Below the pieces are notes generated by a model that was given only the letters and a program-made list of their open reading frames with translations, did not search any database and had not been told where the DNA came from. A stretch of 64,000 bases of DNA from an uncultured Bacteroidota bacterium (GTDB lineage: Bacteria; Bacteroidota; Ignavibacteria; UBA10030; UBA6906), in assembly GCA_963700635.1 (NCBI GenBank), contig CAVOYH010000004.1:352001-416000 (forward strand), read 5' to 3'. Shown here piece by piece: positions 57,404 to 64,000 of the stretch. Both the position numbers and the translations under genes were made by a program. The stretch's first letter is position 1, and each line of letters starts with the position of its first letter.

Positions 57404-58323
57404 AAATTCCTTCACGATATGCTGCTGGTGCGGCGATACTTCTCGCCGGTGTCCTCCTGTTCGGCCTGATCATTTCCCGGGCCGGGGCGACCGAAATACC
57501 ATACCTTGGTGGCCGTGTGAACGATCTTGCGGATCTGCTGTCGGCAGACTCCGCGCGTGAGCTGGAAACGCTGCTCGCGCAGCATGAAGACTCCACGTCA
57601 AACCAGGTCGTCCTCCTTACCATCCACTCGCTGGAAAATGAAGCTATCGAGGAGTACGCAATCCGCGTGGTTGATACCTGGAAGCTCGGGAAAAAGGGGA
57701 AGGATAACGGAGTGCTGCTCCTTATCGCAAAAGACGACAGACAGGTGCGGATCGAAGTTGGAAGGGGGCTGGAAGGTTCGCTGACTGACGTTCTCTGTGC
57801 CCGTATCATACGGAATGAGATTGTGCCGAAGTTCAAGAGCGGGGAGTATGACAGGGGTGTGCGTGCCGGATTGGAGGCGATTCTTGCCGCGATCGCCGGA
57901 GAATATACAGCCGAGGACGGAGATGGAGAGGGGGAAGACTTCGCCGTCAATATTGTCGCATTCCTTTTCTTCCTCGTCATTGTGGGTTTGTTTACATTGA
58001 TGGCGCTGGCCACTCCCGGATGCGGGGGTTGGTTTATCTATGCATTTCTCCTCCCGTTCTGGGGTACCTTTCCGTATGCCACGCTCGGCGCGCCGGTCGG
58101 ACCGGCTTTGGGTCTATTGTACGCATTCGGCTTCCCCCTTATAAAAATATTTCTCCCCAAGACAACCTGGGGCAAGGGCGTGATGAAGCGCATTGGAACT
58201 ACGGCACTGTCCGGCGGCGGGAGCAGGGGTGGATGGAGTTCCGGCGGGAGCCGCTCCTCCGGGGGCGGTTTCTCTGGAGGAGGCGGAAGTTTTTCCGGCG
58301 GCGGATCATCGGGGAGCTGGTGA
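57400..58323 (+). CDS. YgcG/TPM-domain protein with Gly/Ser-rich tail
   Basis: RVNDLA, DNGVLLLIA, RIEVGRGLEG and C-terminal GGGGSFSGGGSSGSW. Confidence 0.9.
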   Translation: MKIPSRYAAGAAILLAGVLLFGLIISRAGATEIPYLGGRVNDLADLLSADSARELETLLAQHEDSTSNQVVLLTIHSLENEAIEEYAIRVVDTWKLGKKGKDNGVLLLIAKDDRQVRIEVGRGLEGSLTDVLCARIIRNEIVPKFKSGEYDRGVRAGLEAILAAIAGEYTAEDGDGEGEDFAVNIVAFLFFLVIVGLFTLMALATPGCGGWFIYAFLLPFWGTFPYATLGAPVGPALGLLYAFGFPLIKIFLPKTTWGKGVMKRIGTTALSGGGSRGGWSSGGSRSSGGGFSGGGGSFSGGGSSGSW

Positions 58324-58324
58324 G

Positions 58325-59557
58325 ATGAACTCGACTGCAGTCTACCGCATATGGTCCGTTGTGATGTTCGGCGCTACAACCGTCATCGCCGTGCTCAGTC
58401 CGCTGCACGTTCTGACGGCCGCGACTCCAGAACCCTGGACCCGCATGCTGGATTATGCAGTCGCAGTTCTTATGGTGATCGATATTGTCGTGCGCTGGAA
58501 AAGAATGCGGACACTCAGGATGTACCGGGTAAGGTGGTTCGTCATTGACGTGGTTGCGGCACTGCCGTTTGTCAGCCTCCTCGGACTTCCGTCTTTTGAA
58601 CTCCTCCGTTTGGGCAAGCTCCTGCGCGTCGTGCAGAGCATGCGGGAATGGTGGTCGCACTACCTTGATCGATGGAATGTCTTTCGCCTGGTCTATTCCG
58701 CGTACTGGATAGCGCTGGTGGTGCACGGACTTTCCTGCGGCTGGGTTGCCGTTCGGGCGCTGACACCCGGAACGCACGGGCTCGAAAACAGTTATCTCAA
58801 GGCCCTCTACTGGTGTGTCACGACGTTAACCTCCGTGGGGTATGGCGATATTACGCCCAGGACGGACTTCGAAACGCTCTACGCAGTGTTCGTCATGGCG
58901 GCCGGCGTGGGCATGTTTGCCTACGTGGTTGGCAATATTGCCCATATCATTTCGAATTTGCATCCATCCAGAGTGCGGTATGTCGAGACAATGGAAGGGA
59001 TAAACGCGTTTCTGGAATACCGCGGACTCCCCGCCGCGCTGCGGCGGCGAATCCGCGAGTATTATTCCTACCGGTGGGAGAAGCGGCTGGGTTTTGACGA
59101 GTCGGCCATCCTGGATGATCTCTCTCCCTCACTCCAGGGGGATGTCTCGTTGTTTCTCAAGAGAGACGTGATCCAGAAGGTCCCGTTTTTCCATGGCGCG
59201 ACGGACGAACTGATCAGAGAAATAGCACTCGCCATGCGCCCGCAGGTGTACATGCCCGGCGATCTTGTATTCCGGGCGGGGGAGAAGGGCGGAGAAATGT
59301 TTTTTATCGGCCGCGGTCGCATTGAAGTGCTTGGAAAGGACGGAATCACCGTGCAGGCCACCCTCGGGGACGGTCAGTTTTTCGGAGAGGGAGCACTCGT
59401 ACTCGGTCAACCTCGCAGCGCAAGCGTGCGCGCGGCGGGTTTCTGTGATCTGTACGCGCTCGACAAAAAATCCTTCGACGGAATTATCTCGCGGTACCCG
59501 GAATTTGCAGACCATATTGATGCCATGATCCGGGAACGGTTCGGGCAATCAGAATAG
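58325..59557 (+). CDS. Cyclic nucleotide-gated K+ channel (6TM, SthK-like)
   Basis: S4-like LLRLGKLLR, pore YW...TTLTSVGYGD, C-linker, and cNMP-binding FFGEGAL...PRSASVRA. Confidence 0.92.
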   Translation: MNSTAVYRIWSVVMFGATTVIAVLSPLHVLTAATPEPWTRMLDYAVAVLMVIDIVVRWKRMRTLRMYRVRWFVIDVVAALPFVSLLGLPSFELLRLGKLLRVVQSMREWWSHYLDRWNVFRLVYSAYWIALVVHGLSCGWVAVRALTPGTHGLENSYLKALYWCVTTLTSVGYGDITPRTDFETLYAVFVMAAGVGMFAYVVGNIAHIISNLHPSRVRYVETMEGINAFLEYRGLPAALRRRIREYYSYRWEKRLGFDESAILDDLSPSLQGDVSLFLKRDVIQKVPFFHGATDELIREIALAMRPQVYMPGDLVFRAGEKGGEMFFIGRGRIEVLGKDGITVQATLGDGQFFGEGALVLGQPRSASVRAAGFCDLYALDKKSFDGIISRYPEFADHIDAMIRERFGQSE

Positions 59558-59592
59558 TCATACGCCATCGATACAGAAAGGAAGTAACGGCA

Positions 59593-61785
59593 ATGATGAG
59601 TCTTCTCTTTTCACCGCACGATCGTCGGTCGGTGTCTCCGTTACAACTCGTGCTGTGTGCCGCTTTGCTCTTCTCCACCGGAGTACAACCCGGACTGGCT
59701 GACGAAGGGATGTTTCCCCTCACAGAACTGAAGGCGCTGGATCTGCGCGCCAGAGGACTCACCATCAGTGCGGATGAGCTGTACAATCCGCAGGGAGTGA
59801 GCCTGATTGATGCCATCGTGAATATCGGGGGATGTACGGGTTCATTCGTTTCGCAGGACGGACTTATCCTGACAAACCATCATTGTGCCTTCCCCGCCGT
59901 TCAGGCTGCGAGTACCCCGGCAAAAGACTATGTCACACACGGGTTTCTGGCACACCAACGACATGAAGAAATTCGTGCCAGGGGAAATACCGTTCGTATC
60001 ATTGAGTCGTACCGTGACGTATCCGATGAAGTGCTGGAGGTACTGGCTGATTCAATGTCGCCGGGAGAACGGACGCGGGCGCTTTCTTCACGGACCAAGG
60101 CCATTGTGGCCGAAACAGAAAACCGGCACCCGGGAAAGCGAGCCGAGGTGGCGGAGATGTTCGCCGGGCGAACCTATGTGCTTTTTGTCTATATCTACCT
60201 GCGTGACGTCCGCCTGGTGTATGTCCCGCCCCGCGGAATTGGGGATTTTGGCGGGGAGGAAGACAACTGGATGTGGCCGCGGCACACGGGGGATTTTGCG
60301 TTCATGCGCGCATATGTCGGGCCCGATGGAGCCCCGGCAGACTATGCGCCCGGGAATATTCCCTTCCGGCCGAAAAAGTGGTTGCGTATCCAGCCAGACG
60401 GTGTCAATGAAGAAGATGCGGTGTTTATCTTGGGATACCCGGGGAGAACATACCGTCACCGGACATCACATTTTCTGGCCTACGAAGAGGAGGGCCGGCT
60501 CCCGGCAGTTGCGGGCCTGTACGAATGGCAGATAGCGACAATCCGCCGGCTGGGTGCAGCCGACCGGAGTGTTGAGCTGAAATACGACGCACGCGTAAAA
60601 TCACTTTCGAACACTGCAAAGAACTCCCGCGGTAAGCTCCAGGGACTCCAGCGTCTCCACCTTGTACAGTCAAAACGCGACGAAGAAAAAAGGATGCAGG
60701 AATTTATCCTTGCCGATACACGGCTGCGCGAGCAGTATGGCACCATGCTCCAGGATATCGCCGGGGTGTACGAGGCCATGACGGCGACAGCAGCTGCGGA
60801 AGTGTTGCTGGACAATCTCCGCAGCAGCACGATCTCCCTCTCCCTTGCATTCACCGCCACCCAAGGTGCCAGAGAATTGCGCAAGCCCGATCTTCAGCGT
60901 GATGCTCCCTTCATGGAAAGAAACCTGGCGCGTACGAAGGATGGCGTGCGCCTGAGTCTGCAGAATTTTTATGAACCTATCGACAGAGCGTTGTTTGCCG
61001 AGACGCTGCGTCGGCTCCGCAACCTGCCACAGACACAACACCATGGGATCCTGGATTCGCTGTTTTCAGAGATAGAACAGCAGGGTGGCACAGACCGCTG
61101 GATGGAACAACTCTACGCGCGCGCAACACTGCGAACGCCGGAAGCCGTGTTTGCGCTTATGGATGGATCCCCGGAAGAAGCGGACCGATCACCGGACCCA
61201 TTTGTCGGCCTGGCCCGGCGACTCGCCCCCGTCTACCAGATGCTGAAAGAGCAGCGCCAGGAGCGGGAAGGCAGGCTCACGCGCCTTCATGCCGGCCTTG
61301 TCGAAGTAAAACAGGCCTTCCAGAAGACGACGTTCATTCCTGATGCAAATAGCACGCTTCGCTTCACATTCGGGCGCGTCCGGGGTTATGCTCCGGCTGA
61401 CGCAACGCTGTTCAGGCCGATTACAACGTTAAAGGGAATCGTCGAAAAAACGACAGGCGTCGAACCATTCCACGCGCCCGACAAACTGCTTGCGCTGTAC
61501 CGGGCACGATTGTTCGGGAGATATGCGCACACGTCCCTGGGCTCTGTCCCTGTGGCCCTCCTGTACAACCTTGATACCACCGGGGGGAACTCAGGGAGTC
61601 CGCTTCTGAATGCGGCCGGTGAACTGGTCGGCGTAAACTTCGACAGAACGCTCGAAGCGACAATCAATGACTATGCCTGGAGTGAGGAGTACAGCCGCTC
61701 CATCGCCGTGGACATCCGCTACGTTCTGTGGGTTACCGAATTTATAGGGGGTGCACAGAACGTGCTTCAGGAGCTCGGCGTCTGA
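59593..61785 (+). CDS. S46 family dipeptidyl peptidase
   Basis: ADEGMF, GCTGSFVS, TNHHC, DNWMWPRHTGDF, GYPG, DTTGGNSGSP and GVNFD motifs. Confidence 0.93.
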   Translation: MMSLLFSPHDRRSVSPLQLVLCAALLFSTGVQPGLADEGMFPLTELKALDLRARGLTISADELYNPQGVSLIDAIVNIGGCTGSFVSQDGLILTNHHCAFPAVQAASTPAKDYVTHGFLAHQRHEEIRARGNTVRIIESYRDVSDEVLEVLADSMSPGERTRALSSRTKAIVAETENRHPGKRAEVAEMFAGRTYVLFVYIYLRDVRLVYVPPRGIGDFGGEEDNWMWPRHTGDFAFMRAYVGPDGAPADYAPGNIPFRPKKWLRIQPDGVNEEDAVFILGYPGRTYRHRTSHFLAYEEEGRLPAVAGLYEWQIATIRRLGAADRSVELKYDARVKSLSNTAKNSRGKLQGLQRLHLVQSKRDEEKRMQEFILADTRLREQYGTMLQDIAGVYEAMTATAAAEVLLDNLRSSTISLSLAFTATQGARELRKPDLQRDAPFMERNLARTKDGVRLSLQNFYEPIDRALFAETLRRLRNLPQTQHHGILDSLFSEIEQQGGTDRWMEQLYARATLRTPEAVFALMDGSPEEADRSPDPFVGLARRLAPVYQMLKEQRQEREGRLTRLHAGLVEVKQAFQKTTFIPDANSTLRFTFGRVRGYAPADATLFRPITTLKGIVEKTTGVEPFHAPDKLLALYRARLFGRYAHTSLGSVPVALLYNLDTTGGNSGSPLLNAAGELVGVNFDRTLEATINDYAWSEEYSRSIAVDIRYVLWVTEFIGGAQNVLQELGV

Positions 61786-61837
61786 GAGCTCCGTAACAGC
61801 AGCAATAACAACCGGTTCTGGCCCCATGCACAAAAGC

Positions 61838-61866
61838 TTGAAAACGTCAGGCACGGTTGGTATCTT
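61838..61866 (+). promoter_or_regulatory. sigma70-type promoter
   Basis: TTGAAA-N17-TATCTT. Confidence 0.55.
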
Positions 61867-61890
61867 TATGTGAACACTCCGATCCTTCAA

Positions 61891-63981
61891 ATGAACATGC
61901 CACTTCGCATCCTGCTCTCCCGTGCTGTACGCACATGCATGTGGACCTGTCTGTGCTCTTCTCTCCTCTTTTCCCAGCCGGGGACAGACGGGGAGCCCTT
62001 TCTTTTGACCGGACACACCGATGCCGTCCTCGCACTCACATTCAGCCCCGACGGCAAGTTCCTTGTGAGCGGGGGGAAGGATGAATCCCTGCGGATCTGG
62101 GAACGAAAAGGCGCCGTGTATGAACCCGGCACCGTCCTTGATGCAGGGCGTACGATCCGTACTGTAACGTTCTCGGCGGATGGCCGCATGTGCATCGAGG
62201 GCGGAGACCGGGTGCGTGATACGGACAACCATCTCGGTATCTGGTATGCAGGAGGTGCGTCGCTCAGCACTAGAGTGTTGGACGATACGTGGAACGTCGA
62301 CGTCCTGGCTCTCGCGCTCAATGGCAAACGAAAAGCTATTGCCTGTGGACTCGGCGACTATACGATAAAAGTCGTGGATGCAACAACCCTTCGCGCTCTG
62401 TCGCGACTGGAAGGTCACGTGGGAGAGGTGCAGGCCGTTGCGTACAACCATGACGGGACGATTCTGGCTACCGGCGGCGAAGGGGGGGCTATCCTGCTCT
62501 GGAATGCCGCAACGGGCAAGCTCACCGCGACGCTCGCCGGGCATGCTGGCGAGGTGCTGGCGCTGGCCTTTCACCCGAACGGGAAAGTACTCGCTTCAGC
62601 CGGGTCCGATCAACAGATTATTCTGTGGAATGTTGCAAGCAGATCAATCACGAAATCGTTGCTGGGGCACACCGACGATGTGACATGCCTTGCGTTTAGC
62701 CCCGACGGAAAGATGCTGGCATCGGGAAGCCTGGATTACACGGTGAGACTCTGGTCGGCGGACACGGGCACGGAGCTGAGAATTCTTCCCGGCCATGAGG
62801 ACGCGGTGTACGGTGTGGCCTTCGCACCCTCGGGCGGCCTGCTGGCGAGTGCAGGCGGAGATGAGATCATCCGGCTCTGGAATCTCACACCGGGTAAGCG
62901 AAAGATACCCCCTCCCGTGGCAGATATCCCCCAGACCGACATAGCCGACAAAATCCCGGCGCGGATTACACTTCTGGAACCATCTCCCTCGCGCGGCATG
63001 AAGGTCGTGCAGCAACAGGAGAAGGTCACAATCAAGGGTAAAGTAACGCCTGCAGCAGGGATCCAGAAAGTATACGTCAATGAGAAGGAAGCCCGGCTTG
63101 TGAAAAACGGCGAGTTCTCGATCCCTGTCCTTCTGGAGGAAGGGGAGAACGTCATGACGATCCGTGCTGTGGACAAGAAACAGAATGCGGTCGAGGAAAC
63201 ATTCACTGTTACCCGTGAGTCACCCTCTGTCGCCCGCCAGCTTGTGGCACGCCGCGGCAAGGAGTACGCTCTTCTGTTTGCGCTGGACGAATACGATGAA
63301 TGGAGACCGCTCACAAATCCCGTCAATGATGCCAAGGCAATCGCGGCGGAATTACGGTCGTCATATGGATTTGAGACGGAGTTGCTCTCGAACCCGACCC
63401 AGGCGGAAATCCTCTCAACGCTGCGTTCATATGCCGCACGGACGTATGCCGACGGTGATCAGTTGCTGCTTTTTATTGCGGGGCACGGCCAGTTTGATGA
63501 GGTTCTGGGGGACGGGTACATTGTGGGCCGCGATTCCCGGTTGCGTGATGACATCAAGACCAGCTATATTTCCCATTCCACGTTACGCACCGTGATTAAC
63601 AACATCCCCTGCAGGCATATCCTTCTTATTGTCGATGCCTGCTTCGGAGGCACGTTTGATCCGTTGATCGCCGCAAATCAGAGAGGTGATGACGAATACA
63701 GCCAGGTGACGAAGACAGAATTTATTGAGAGGAAACTGCGCTTCAAGACACGGCGTTTTCTCACCTCAGGGGGGAAGGAATATGTTCCTGATGGCCGGCC
63801 CGGACAACATTCGCCATTCACGCGCCGTTTTCTGGAAGCCCTACGCAGTTACGGTGGGAAGGATGGTATCCTGACACTCGGTGAAGTTCATCAATACATT
63901 GAAAAGGTCACACCTGAACCGCGGGGGGGAGAATTCGGCTCCAACGATCCTGGTAGTGACTTCCTGTTCATCGCACGCTAG
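61891..63981 (+). CDS. Putatively secreted WD40-repeat + Ig-like + caspase (peptidase C14) protein
   Basis: Signal-like N-terminus, about 7 WD repeats (GH...AFSPDG...LW), a beta-rich linker domain, and a C14 dyad at IAGHG and VDACFGG. The ORF track starts it at GTG 61870. Confidence 0.88.
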   Translation: MNMPLRILLSRAVRTCMWTCLCSSLLFSQPGTDGEPFLLTGHTDAVLALTFSPDGKFLVSGGKDESLRIWERKGAVYEPGTVLDAGRTIRTVTFSADGRMCIEGGDRVRDTDNHLGIWYAGGASLSTRVLDDTWNVDVLALALNGKRKAIACGLGDYTIKVVDATTLRALSRLEGHVGEVQAVAYNHDGTILATGGEGGAILLWNAATGKLTATLAGHAGEVLALAFHPNGKVLASAGSDQQIILWNVASRSITKSLLGHTDDVTCLAFSPDGKMLASGSLDYTVRLWSADTGTELRILPGHEDAVYGVAFAPSGGLLASAGGDEIIRLWNLTPGKRKIPPPVADIPQTDIADKIPARITLLEPSPSRGMKVVQQQEKVTIKGKVTPAAGIQKVYVNEKEARLVKNGEFSIPVLLEEGENVMTIRAVDKKQNAVEETFTVTRESPSVARQLVARRGKEYALLFALDEYDEWRPLTNPVNDAKAIAAELRSSYGFETELLSNPTQAEILSTLRSYAARTYADGDQLLLFIAGHGQFDEVLGDGYIVGRDSRLRDDIKTSYISHSTLRTVINNIPCRHILLIVDACFGGTFDPLIAANQRGDDEYSQVTKTEFIERKLRFKTRRFLTSGGKEYVPDGRPGQHSPFTRRFLEALRSYGGKDGILTLGEVHQYIEKVTPEPRGGEFGSNDPGSDFLFIAR

Positions 63982-64000
63982 TTCACCGCGAATTCCATGC

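Noticed and set aside
58210-58320. GGC/TCC-rich quasi-repeats
   Set aside because: These encode the normal Gly/Ser tail of YgcG and are not a DNA repeat element or CRISPR array.
58193-58324. N-terminal extension of the K+ channel
   Set aside because: It is an alternative frame of the Gly/Ser-rich YgcG tail. ATG 58325 is the plausible start.
62005-62885. Periodic ~126 bp similarity
   Set aside because: Explained by WD40 protein repeats.
1-64000. Genome-wide TAG reassignment
   Set aside because: Several conserved genes (purM, gcvP, arcC, guaA, comEC) end at TAG at their expected C-termini.

Overview
This window is a gene-dense, GC-rich (roughly 55-60% by eye) bacterial core-genome segment with about 57 CDS. 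I recognised no rRNA, tRNA, CRISPR array, IS or prophage. Gene content (DUF4296 lipoprotein, S46 peptidase, futalosine pathway, EF-P with a PGNW loop) together with canonical TTGACA/TATAAT-type sigma70 promoters suggests an Ignavibacteria/Chlorobi-side member of the FCB group; this is inference. Main blocks: purM; efp-accB-accC-gcvH convergent with gcvP; an OTC-carbamate kinase-COG2403 (ArcE-like arginine synthetase) cluster with no arginine deiminase; guaA followed by a futalosine menaquinone cluster (mqnP, ubiX, ubiD/mqnL, an mqnE-mqnA fusion, mqnC, mqnD, menG) beside a shikimate operon (aroB, aroD-aroE fusion, aroA, aroC); ABC exporter, TPR/LpoA-like protein and radC; a small Lpp-like lipoprotein plus LysM protein behind a perfect consensus promoter; phoH and mazG; prmC-dtd-metalloenzyme-comEC; pfkB-mtnA-recO-degP; HNH-trpS-scpAB-rluB; an amber-interrupted GNAT; a Tat LD-carboxypeptidase, two TPM proteins, a cyclic-nucleotide-gated K+ channel, an S46 peptidase and a WD40-caspase. 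The best leads are the ArcE-type arginine pathway, the Braun-lipoprotein-like operon, the MqnE-MqnA fusion, the Asn-type EF-P, a recurring (C)CG-extended -10 promoter motif with several probable leaderless genes, and three translation anomalies (CTG start, -1 frameshift, in-frame amber). All family calls come from reading motifs by eye, not from database searches.
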